DNA of 64,000 bases from Candidatus Latescibacterota bacterium (GTDB taxonomy: Bacteria; Latescibacterota; UBA2968; UBA8231): NCBI GenBank assembly GCA_965242865.1, contig CBDETK010000013.1, positions 1,120,001-1,184,000 on the forward strand. The letters run 5' to 3'. Within the stretch, counting starts at the first letter, position 1, and each line of letters starts with the position of its first letter. Under the pieces are notes generated by a model. The model saw nothing but the letters and a program-made list of their open reading frames with translations, ran no database searches and had not been told where the DNA came from. Positions 8,415 through 16,573 of the stretch are shown in pieces. Made by a program: the position numbers and the translations under genes.

Positions 8415-8448
8415 ATATTGTAGAAATTGTCAAAGTATCCTACAATAT
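8415..8448. promoter_or_regulatory. Inverted repeat upstream of the sigma-factor gene, candidate operator
   Basis: ATATTGTAG-N16-CTACAATAT perfect arms enclosing TTGTCA. Confidence 0.45.
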
Positions 8449-8541
8449 ATGGTATTCATCCTCTATAAACTTCGCGGAAGAATCGAGCCATAGAGGGCCG
8501 GAGAGCGCATTAACGACCATGGAGCAAGATTGTGAAGACAA

Positions 8542-8585
8542 CTTTCCGGTTTCCCTTCTGCAATGCGATTATTAGAGAGTAGAAG
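8542..8585 (+). promoter_or_regulatory. Putative alternative-sigma promoter, copy 1
   Basis: CTTTCCG-N17-CGATTA-TTAGAGAGTAGAA; same motif and spacing at 13551. Confidence 0.7.
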
Positions 8586-8632
8586 GGGCCTTATGTGCTC
8601 GGAATCCGCCGTTATTTAAGGAAAGGAAGGTA

Positions 8633-9376
8633 ATGGCTTGCCCATTGACTAAACGAAAAGCGACTGGGGACCTATATATCCGTCCTCTTCAAGTAGAGAG
8701 ACAGATTGATGAGGTCCTTTCCCAAGACCCATCGACGCTCCGACGACGCCTCATTGTTGCAGACCCCCAAGCGTCCGACTATCTAAGTTCGGAGTGCCTT
8801 GTCCATCTCGCTCGCTACTACCATAGGCACGGCGACGACTCTAAGACTAATGCGGTACTCTCCGTCTTACTAGGTCGCTGTGAAAAAACCCTATCGGCCA
8901 AAATCCCAGACAATGAACTCCCGACTGCGAGGGAGGTACGAGAGGAAGTGATTGGACAGTTCGGCGAGTTATTTGCTACCGATGGTACGCAAGAGAACCG
9001 CGACGACCTTGACTATTTTGAGTGTCGCTTCAATGGGGCGTTTCGCACTTTTTACATCGATATCGTAAGAAGTGAAACAGCCCCTCTAAAGCGATTAGCC
9101 CCCCTGCCAGACCAAGCCGACGACACCCACAAGGAATTGCAGAGTCCAGAAACAGCAGATAGTGCTTTATTCTGCAAAGAACTCCACGAAGCGATTGATG
9201 CTTTGCCGGATGACATGCGCAAGGCTGTCATCCTTTGCCATATCGAGGGATACAAAATCGAATCTCAGAACCCCAACGAGGCGACAGCAGCGACGATCTG
9301 CAAAGTATCAGGCCGAACCATTCGTAACCGTCTTTTGAGGGCAGCAGGGAAACTTTCTAAATTTAAGGATCAATAA
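8633..9376 (+). CDS. Sigma-70/ECF-like RNA polymerase sigma factor
   Basis: C-terminal region-4-like ELHEAIDALPDDMRKAVILCHIEG...CKVSGRTIRNRLLRA; AAGGAAGG RBS. Confidence 0.72.
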   Translation: MACPLTKRKATGDLYIRPLQVERQIDEVLSQDPSTLRRRLIVADPQASDYLSSECLVHLARYYHRHGDDSKTNAVLSVLLGRCEKTLSAKIPDNELPTAREVREEVIGQFGELFATDGTQENRDDLDYFECRFNGAFRTFYIDIVRSETAPLKRLAPLPDQADDTHKELQSPETADSALFCKELHEAIDALPDDMRKAVILCHIEGYKIESQNPNEATAATICKVSGRTIRNRLLRAAGKLSKFKDQ

Positions 9377-9387
9377 TTCGGATATTT

Positions 9388-9412
9388 TAAGTCTTTGTTT
9401 ATCAATGACTTA
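9388..9412. promoter_or_regulatory. Palindromic IHF-like site
   Basis: TAAGTCTTTG-TTTAT-CAATGACTTA contains WATCAANNNNTTR; a similar palindrome lies at 55583. Confidence 0.5.
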
Positions 9413-9436
9413 ACGTTAAAATACTAAGGAGGAGAC

Positions 9437-10108
9437 ATGTCCGTGACCCCAACCCTCAATGAGTTACCACTACGCGAGGTGTTGTATGAGTTTTCGCTAG
9501 CGAAGACCGTACCTGATGCAGACCTGCTCGACGATTTCGTTCAGCGGTTTCCGCAGTATGCTGACCGCCTCACGGAATTCGCCATCGAACTCGCTATAGA
9601 TGCTCTCCGGCCCGAGCCCGAGATCGACGCGAAGGCGACGGTTGATCTGAACCGTGTGAGTCCCGTTGTCTCGCGGGCAATGAGCCGATACCTGAATCGG
9701 CTACACGCCGTGCGCCAAACAACCGAGCCGACTGTCGACCGCGCTTCGACACCAGAAGTTGCAGATGCTCCAAATCCCTTCGCTAAACTAAACCGATCAG
9801 CGTTTCGGGAGTTAGCAGAGCGGCTCGGCGCGAACACTGTGTTCGTTGCCAAGCTGCGAGACCGCCAAGTCAAGCCGGATACCATCCCAAGCAGTTTTTT
9901 GCGGTACCTTGCAGATGCGCTTGGGACTTCACTTGACTTATTAACTGCCCACTTTGCTGTACCAAGCGCGGAACTTGGGAGCCGACAGTTTTACAAGGCC
10001 GATGACAAGCCTGATGGCAGTCAACGCCAGAGCTTCGTCGAGGCTGTTAAGAGTTCGGCTCTCAACGAGAACCAGCAGCACCAACTTCTTTCTAAGTTTC
10101 TAAACTGA
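9437..10108 (+). CDS. Hypothetical protein with XRE-like HTH (candidate anti-sigma / peptidase substrate)
   Basis: FRELAERLGANTVFVAKLRDR...LRYLADALGTS HTH-like segment; AAGGAGG RBS; stop overlaps the next start. Confidence 0.65.
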   Translation: MSVTPTLNELPLREVLYEFSLAKTVPDADLLDDFVQRFPQYADRLTEFAIELAIDALRPEPEIDAKATVDLNRVSPVVSRAMSRYLNRLHAVRQTTEPTVDRASTPEVADAPNPFAKLNRSAFRELAERLGANTVFVAKLRDRQVKPDTIPSSFLRYLADALGTSLDLLTAHFAVPSAELGSRQFYKADDKPDGSQRQSFVEAVKSSALNENQQHQLLSKFLN

Positions 10109-13100
10109 TGGACGCATTCGAGCCGATCCGTAAGTCCGCGGCGTGTCTGCACAAGGCTATCGCGGCGCGGACGGACCCTCTAGATACTACGGCACTTATT
10201 ACGGTCGCTGTGGCTCATCTAGATCTTGAACTCGTCTGTCTTGAGCCGGGTGATCCTGCTCTAAAAAATGCCCAGGCGGTGTTCGACGAACAGAGCGGTA
10301 CGATCTGCTGTGAAAAGATAGGGGATGGCACTGACCTTGCCTTGCTTGTGGCTCACGAACTTGGACATGCAGTTGTCCATGCTGGTTCGGCAGTTTGCAA
10401 GACGGATGACATTGATCCAGCTCGTTCGACTGAGACGGTCCCCGTTGGCTTGCAACGTGTCGAGGATTATGGGGCGCGGGAAAGGCGCGAATTACAGGCC
10501 AATGTTTTCGCTCGGGAGCTTCTCTTGCCCCAGAGTCTTGCACGTCGGCTCCATATTGAGGAGACCATGACCGCCTCGGCTATCGCCTCGCGCATGGGCT
10601 TGCCAAAGGCACTCGTCCGACAGCAGATATTTGACGCTCTTCTACTTCCGACGGAAGAGGAAGTAACTCCGGCGGAGACTTCGACCGATACACCGCGTTC
10701 GGATCCCTCGCAGGACCGGGCAGCCGCACATCGTGGTGCCCCGTTCCTGCTTCAGGCCGGGCCGGGAACCGGAAAAACACGGACGCTGGTAAAGCGCGTA
10801 AAATCGCTTCTAGCGGAGGACATTGATCCTTCCTCCCTACTCATCCTGACCTTCTCAAATCGGGCCGCTGGCGAGTTGTTGGAACGGCTTATGGCCATAG
10901 TCCCCGAGGCCGCTGAGCGTATTTGGATCGGAACGTTCCATGCTTTCGGACTTGATCTGATACGACGTCACTATGACCGTCTTGGCCTGTCCCCTAATCC
11001 AGTCCTGTTTGACCGCAGTGATGCGATTGATATGCTGGAGGAGCTCCTCCCAACGCTGCCTCTCGTCCACTACCGCAACTTATGGGATCCGACGATAGTG
11101 CTGCGAGAAGTGCTCCCTGCCATCTCTCGTGCTAAAGATGAGCTCGTAGATCGAAGCCGCTACCGAGAGCTCGCCGAAGCTATGCGAGCGGACGCAGACG
11201 ACAATGACGCTCGCGTGGCAGCCGAGAAGTGCTTGGAGATCGCCGACATTTATGATCTCTACGAAAGTGCCATGAGCGAACGGGATGCTGTTGATTTTGG
11301 CGATCTCATCATGCGGCCGGTATTGCTCTTAGAATCCGATCCAGCACTCAAGCACACTGTTCAGTTGCGGCACCGACACCTTCTAGTTGATGAATATCAG
11401 GACGTAAATCGGGCGAGCGCATGTTTGCTAAAAGCGATTGCTGGTGATGGCAAGCGTCTATGGGTGGTCGGCGACTCGCGTCAATCCATCTACCGCTTTC
11501 GCGGAGCGTCCCCTATCAACATGGCTCGCTTTGGCGACGACTACCCGGGGGCAGTAGTTGACCAACTCTCCGTCAATTACAGATCGACAGACCAGATCGT
11601 CGCCAGTTTCGTCAAGGTAGCTCCCCGGATGGGTGCATCCAAAGGCATGTTGCCACTTGCTCTTGACGCTGACCGAGGTTTGGGACCCGGAAAACCAGAA
11701 ATTCGGTGCTATGACACTCCCGACGACGAAGCTGGAGGTATCGCCGGAAGCATCCAAGAACTCAAAAGGGCGGGGGTTTCTCTCCGCGATCAGGCTGTGC
11801 TTTGTCGCTCGAACCGCCATCTGAATGAAATCGCCACAGCACTTGAAGCACACGGCATTCCTGCACTGCATCTCGGCAGTTTATTTGAGCGTGAGGAAAT
11901 ACGCGATTTGCTAGCACTTCTCAGCCTCGCAGTTGATCGGTTGGGTAATGGTCTCGTGCGGGTGGGAGTAATGCCGCGCTATGATCTCTCGTTGCAAGGC
12001 ATATATACCGCCTTGCACCACCTGCGGGATAGCAAGCAATCGGCCCTTTCGGGTATAGGGACGCTTGCTAAGGCTCAAGGTCTCTCGCCTGACGATTCAT
12101 CGGCATTTGCCCGCCTTGCACAGGATCTATCGGGACTCTCCCCAAGCATTTCCGCATGGGAATTTCTCTCAACGTATTTGCTTGACCACACTAATCTCGT
12201 GTGCGAGATGGCTCAAGCCACTACAGTCACCGACCGCATTCGGAACGTTGCTATTTGGCAATTTCTTAACTTCGCCCGCGAACGGCTCAAGACAGACAAG
12301 GGGTTGCTGATTCAGCGGATGCTGGATCGTATTCGGCAACTCGTACTGCTCGCCGAAGAACGGGATTTGCGCCAAATGCCTGCCGCTGCCCTCCATCTAG
12401 ACGCAGTGCGGCTGATGACCGTTCATGGTAGTAAGGGGCTAGAATTTGAAGCAGTCCATGTCCCTAGACTGACGACTGGAAATTTCCCTTCGTCGTACCG
12501 TGGCGTAAGATGCCCACCACCTATCGGTATGACTGAAGGCGCAGAGAGCTCTTCGGTCTCAAAAGAGGCCAAACAGAAACACAATCACGAGGAAGAGTGC
12601 TTGTTTTTTGTTGCCCTCTCGCGAGCACGAACCCATTTACGCCTTTACTTGGCGCATCGGAACTCTAACGGCAGGAACTGCTCGCCATCGCCTTTCTTGA
12701 ATTGGCTGCCAACGGGGACAATCGACAAAGTTGCCCATCCGGTGATCCTGCCACCGCCAGCCAACATGCACAGCCCAGGGTCTATCCAAGTGAGGCGACC
12801 CACCGAATGGCACGTCACGGACAGTACGCTTATCTCCTACGAGAAATGTCCCCGTCGCTTCTTCTATACCCATGTGTTGGGGCTCGGTGGTGCCCGTAAA
12901 GCGACCGCCTATTCGCAGACTCAGGACTGTCTCTACAAACTCATTCGGTGGGTGGGCGAGCGTCGGCTAACAGCCGAACCTACACTTAGCGAGACTGAAG
13001 ACGCTTTCGATACGATCTGGCATGCACACGGGCCAATCTCCCACAAGTTCGCTGACGAATACCGCCGCCTCGCCTTGCGGTTAATAGGTGTCTTAGTTAA

Positions 13101-13536
13101 TGCCAACACTGGACAGCATTTCCGTGAAGTCAAACCGTTGGTGATTGATTTCTTAAATGGTCGCGTGTCCATAGAGCCAGATGCGATCATCAACTTACCG
13201 GACGGAAAAGTCGCTTTGTGCAAAATCCGCACCGGCGATAAGCGCAACAACGAATATAATCGCCTTGACTACGCACTCTATCAGTTGGCCAGTCAGCAAC
13301 ACTTCGGTAACCATTCAGTGACTCAGGTTCTGTACCTTACAAACACAAACGGGATGTTCAAAGATGTGCAGATCTCGCCGAAAACGCTCAACAATCGGCG
13401 GTGTACGATTGATGGGATGCTCGGTGAGATTGCTAAGGGGAAGTTCCCACCCAAGATCAATGAAATGACATGCCCGCGATGTCCGCACTTTTTCATCTGT
13501 GATGCTATGCCTCGTGGATCTCTGACGCTCCCATAA
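10108..13536 (+). CDS. ImmA/IrrE metallopeptidase-UvrD helicase-PD-(D/E)XK-like fusion
   Basis: AHELGH and ELQANVFARELLLP; AGPGTGKT, VDEYQD, GDSRQSIYRFRGA, NYRS, TVHGSKGLEF, VALSRAR; YEKCPRRF...CPRCPHFFIC. Confidence 0.9.
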   Translation: MDAFEPIRKSAACLHKAIAARTDPLDTTALITVAVAHLDLELVCLEPGDPALKNAQAVFDEQSGTICCEKIGDGTDLALLVAHELGHAVVHAGSAVCKTDDIDPARSTETVPVGLQRVEDYGARERRELQANVFARELLLPQSLARRLHIEETMTASAIASRMGLPKALVRQQIFDALLLPTEEEVTPAETSTDTPRSDPSQDRAAAHRGAPFLLQAGPGTGKTRTLVKRVKSLLAEDIDPSSLLILTFSNRAAGELLERLMAIVPEAAERIWIGTFHAFGLDLIRRHYDRLGLSPNPVLFDRSDAIDMLEELLPTLPLVHYRNLWDPTIVLREVLPAISRAKDELVDRSRYRELAEAMRADADDNDARVAAEKCLEIADIYDLYESAMSERDAVDFGDLIMRPVLLLESDPALKHTVQLRHRHLLVDEYQDVNRASACLLKAIAGDGKRLWVVGDSRQSIYRFRGASPINMARFGDDYPGAVVDQLSVNYRSTDQIVASFVKVAPRMGASKGMLPLALDADRGLGPGKPEIRCYDTPDDEAGGIAGSIQELKRAGVSLRDQAVLCRSNRHLNEIATALEAHGIPALHLGSLFEREEIRDLLALLSLAVDRLGNGLVRVGVMPRYDLSLQGIYTALHHLRDSKQSALSGIGTLAKAQGLSPDDSSAFARLAQDLSGLSPSISAWEFLSTYLLDHTNLVCEMAQATTVTDRIRNVAIWQFLNFARERLKTDKGLLIQRMLDRIRQLVLLAEERDLRQMPAAALHLDAVRLMTVHGSKGLEFEAVHVPRLTTGNFPSSYRGVRCPPPIGMTEGAESSSVSKEAKQKHNHEEECLFFVALSRARTHLRLYLAHRNSNGRNCSPSPFLNWLPTGTIDKVAHPVILPPPANMHSPGSIQVRRPTEWHVTDSTLISYEKCPRRFFYTHVLGLGGARKATAYSQTQDCLYKLIRWVGERRLTAEPTLSETEDAFDTIWHAHGPISHKFADEYRRLALRLIGVLVNANTGQHFREVKPLVIDFLNGRVSIEPDAIINLPDGKVALCKIRTGDKRNNEYNRLDYALYQLASQQHFGNHSVTQVLYLTNTNGMFKDVQISPKTLNNRRCTIDGMLGEIAKGKFPPKINEMTCPRCPHFFICDAMPRGSLTLP

Positions 13537-13550
13537 ATTTTTTGCGACGG

Positions 13551-13591
13551 CTTTCCGTTTTCTTCCGTTCTATCCGATTAATAGAGTAGAA
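13551..13591 (+). promoter_or_regulatory. Putative alternative-sigma promoter, copy 2
   Basis: CTTTCCG-N17-CGATTA-ATAGAGTAGAA upstream of the Ubl gene. Confidence 0.7.
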
Positions 13592-13648
13592 AGCAGAGAC
13601 AGGCAATGGAGCCTATATCTAGCTCTAAGGTCAAGGAGGCCTTATATA

Positions 13649-14155
13649 ATGGATCGTATCGATGTGTTTTACCAATGTGAGGGGATCAGCGAGATCGGGC
13701 AGATCGATGTTGACGCTGACGCTACCTTCGCGACGGTCAAATCCGAGCTCGCCGACAAGCACGGCCTCGCCGAGGAAGTGATCATCTCTCTAGAGGATGA
13801 TGACGAACGAATCGACGAAAACAGGCAAGTGAAGGAATTCGCCGACCTGACCGTCATTATGGTCCACCTGAATCGCTGCCGTTGCATCGAAGCCAGTGTG
13901 AACTATAACGGTCGTACTGTCGATCACAGCTTCGGACCGAGCGCGACTATCGCCCGTGTCAAAAAATGGGCGGCTGAGGAGTATGGAATGAGTCCCGAAG
14001 ATGCCGGTGAACATTCCCTGCAAATCGTCGACACTCAAAACAGGCCAGCACCGGGGACTCATATTGGTAGGCTGGTTTGCTGCCCTGATTGCAACTTGGC
14101 CTTCGACCTCGTTGCCGACGAGCGCGTGAACGGGTCGACCGGGAGCACAGCTTGA
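13649..14155 (+). CDS. bilA: Ubiquitin-like protein of a Bil/ISG15-like defence system (two beta-grasp domains)
   Basis: V.YNG....[12 protein letters not shown]...LV..ERVNG followed by a short tail STGSTA; first gene of a Ubl-E2-JAB-E1 operon. Confidence 0.8.
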   Translation: MDRIDVFYQCEGISEIGQIDVDADATFATVKSELADKHGLAEEVIISLEDDDERIDENRQVKEFADLTVIMVHLNRCRCIEASVNYNGRTVDHSFGPSATIARVKKWAAEEYGMSPEDAGEHSLQIVDTQNRPAPGTHIGRLVCCPDCNLAFDLVADERVNGSTGSTA

Positions 14156-14619
14156 GCCCCCCTGACCAACGGGCATTCGAGGCGGACGTGGCAAAGGCCA
14201 CGTTCCGCCTTGGAGAACGACAAGGGCGTTGGTGCTTGATCTGCATAGATTGGCCCTTCGTCTTGATCTCTGTGACTGCAAAAGACAGACGCGAATATGT
14301 GCTACGCTTCAACTGTGCAGGTTATCCGCAAGACCCGCCCACGGGCGGCCTGTGGGATCGCACCCGGAATGCGATCTTGGAACCCAATTGCTGGCCACAG
14401 GGCCAAGGGGGTCGCGTTTCGGCAGTTTTCCGCTCCGACTGGAAGAGTGGATCTGCTTTGTACTTACCTTGCGACCGTGAAAGCATTGCTGGACACGATG
14501 GCTGGCGAACCGAGATGCCGTCAAAAATCTGGCGTCCGGCTGACGGGATCATCCAATACTTGGAAATCGTTTATGAACTTCTCCATAGCCCAGATTATAC
14601 GCCGCTGCCTTGCACCTAA
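14152..14619 (+). CDS. bilB: E2-like conjugating enzyme of the Bil system
   Basis: [17 protein letters not shown]...WP...ALYLPCDR (candidate catalytic Cys); TTG start overlaps the Ubl stop. Confidence 0.78.
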   Translation: MSPPDQRAFEADVAKATFRLGERQGRWCLICIDWPFVLISVTAKDRREYVLRFNCAGYPQDPPTGGLWDRTRNAILEPNCWPQGQGGRVSAVFRSDWKSGSALYLPCDRESIAGHDGWRTEMPSKIWRPADGIIQYLEIVYELLHSPDYTPLPCT

Positions 14620-15091
14620 GCATGAACTGTCCTGTTCTTGGTTTCTCTGGCGTCGCTTGCTCACCGGCTTACGGGAGCGCGGTCACAGCGAGTCGCGGGA
14701 AAGCGGTGCTTTTCTACTAGGTTACCATAACGGCCAACGTGCCCGCATCGTTGATTTTGTCTTGTATGATGATCTCGATCCGCACTGCCTTGATACCGGC
14801 ATCGTCCGATTCGACGGGCGATATTTCGGAAAACTTTGGGATATTTGCAAAAACCGTGATCTGATTGTCGTGGCCGATGTTCATGTCCATCCGAGGGGAT
14901 CACAGCAAAGTGAGTCGGATCGCACCCATCCTATGATTTCGTGTAAAGGGCACTTGGCACTAATCCTGCCGCGTTTTGCAGCCAATCCGCTCCCAAGGCG
15001 CGAAATTGGTATCTACCGATACCAAGGGGCCAAGCAGTGGCAGAATATTGCGTCCACTGACCGGAGGGCTTTTTTCCATATCGGCCTATAG
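14573..15091 (+). CDS. bilC: JAB-family deubiquitinase of the Bil system
   Basis: ESGAFLLG...DVHVHP...QSESD JAB motif. Confidence 0.82.
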   Translation: MNFSIAQIIRRCLAPKHELSCSWFLWRRLLTGLRERGHSESRESGAFLLGYHNGQRARIVDFVLYDDLDPHCLDTGIVRFDGRYFGKLWDICKNRDLIVVADVHVHPRGSQQSESDRTHPMISCKGHLALILPRFAANPLPRREIGIYRYQGAKQWQNIASTDRRAFFHIGL

Positions 15092-15101
15092 GGAATTATC
15101 T

Positions 15102-16466
15102 ATGAACGCTAAACCGAATGCCGACAGCCTGCACCGCTTGGTTAAGTACGCGCTCGATAGCGGAGAGGCCAAGACTCTCGCCGAGGCGGAGAAGCTATTT
15201 CGTGGCTATCGCCTTGCGCTTACCATTCACGGGGCCGAATCTCGAAGTTCACTCAATCAAGTCGCGTTGTTGACGGCGGTTGCTCTTGGCCGCCGTGTAT
15301 TCCTCGGCGGAGTTTCCGTAGAAGGCGACTTAGATGTACCGCTGAAAGTACCGCTACCGCTCCGCTCTAGGCTTCACGAGGCTGTGGGCGATCTCGGTGG
15401 ATCGGTTACGCCTTCTGACGACGAAACGCCGACCATTGCTATTGGTGGCGGCCCTCGCCCACGACAGCCTGGGTTTCACATCCGTACGGCAATCGCCGGA
15501 TGGCGCGGTGGCATCCTTCCGGCGCACTCAGAATTGGTGCCGACCCCTGGACCTACGATTCCGTTAGCGGCTATGCTGTCCGCTGGCCTCGCGGTCAATG
15601 AAGCCTTCCAGTTTGTGGACAGCGGCGGTCCTGCGGTGGGACGACGACCAATAGGATTGTCGCTGTGGCGGCCCGATGCAGACTGGCTGGCATCCGACTT
15701 AGACGGGCCTCAGATTGCCTATCTTCCATCGCGGCTTTGGCTGATCGGGCTCGGGCACCTAGGACAAGCGTATCTTTGGGGGCTTGGGTTACTGCCCTAT
15801 AAGGATCCGGGGAAGCTCTCTCTCGTCCTGCAAGATATAGATAAGATCACGCCATCGACCGAAAGCACATCGATCTTGAGCGGCGCGGGCACGGTGGGCC
15901 AAAAAAAGACCCGTGCTATGGCAGCTTGGGCAGAAAAACGTGGGTTTGCGACAGCGTTGCACGAGCGACTGTTCGATGCCAGTTTCCGCCGCCAAGATAG
16001 AGAACCAACCGTCGCGTTGTGTGGTTTGGATAATGCGCCAGGACGGCAAGCACTTGATCAAGTGGGCTTTGAGTTGATTGTCGAGGCTGGGCTTGGGAGA
16101 GGGCAACAAGACTTCCGTACCATGCGCCTGCACGTACTACCGGGGGCACGTTCGGCGAAGGAGCTTTGGAAACTGGCAGCACCTGCTGAAACAGCTACGG
16201 ATCGCCCCGCCTATCAAGAGATGCTCAAAAGTGGCGAATTGGATCGTTGCGGCGTTACGCTTCTAGCCGGTAAGGCGGTCGGTGCTCCCTTTGTAGGCAC
16301 CGTGGCTGCTACGCTGGTACTGTCTCAAGTGCTACGCTTACTCCACGGCGAGAGCCCCTATCAGCTAATCGATCTTAATCTGCTCTCTGTTGACCATTGC
16401 TCTACCGTTCCTAGTTCCAAGTGCTTTCAGTCTCTCAACCCCGGATACACTGCCGAACTCTATTGA
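15102..16466 (+). CDS. bilD: E1-like activating enzyme of the Bil system
   Basis: Inactive-like N-terminal half plus LIGLGHLGQ, LQD.D, CGLDN, EAGLG, LDRCG, GAPFVG. Confidence 0.8.
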   Translation: MNAKPNADSLHRLVKYALDSGEAKTLAEAEKLFRGYRLALTIHGAESRSSLNQVALLTAVALGRRVFLGGVSVEGDLDVPLKVPLPLRSRLHEAVGDLGGSVTPSDDETPTIAIGGGPRPRQPGFHIRTAIAGWRGGILPAHSELVPTPGPTIPLAAMLSAGLAVNEAFQFVDSGGPAVGRRPIGLSLWRPDADWLASDLDGPQIAYLPSRLWLIGLGHLGQAYLWGLGLLPYKDPGKLSLVLQDIDKITPSTESTSILSGAGTVGQKKTRAMAAWAEKRGFATALHERLFDASFRRQDREPTVALCGLDNAPGRQALDQVGFELIVEAGLGRGQQDFRTMRLHVLPGARSAKELWKLAAPAETATDRPAYQEMLKSGELDRCGVTLLAGKAVGAPFVGTVAATLVLSQVLRLLHGESPYQLIDLNLLSVDHCSTVPSSKCFQSLNPGYTAELY

Positions 16467-16573
16467 GGATTAAAAGATAAGATGCCGAACCTTAATTACA
16501 CCGCGAATAGCTTCCCTTCGAGTTGGGGCCGCTACTCCATGGCTCGCGTTCCATTGAGTAGTAAGACCGTTCT

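Noticed and set aside
14089-15101. Longer ORF-track starts for the Bil E2, JAB and E1 (14089, 14297, 14976), and 6822 for the left E2
   Set aside because: The extensions overlap neighbouring genes extensively; downstream coupled starts fit operon structure better
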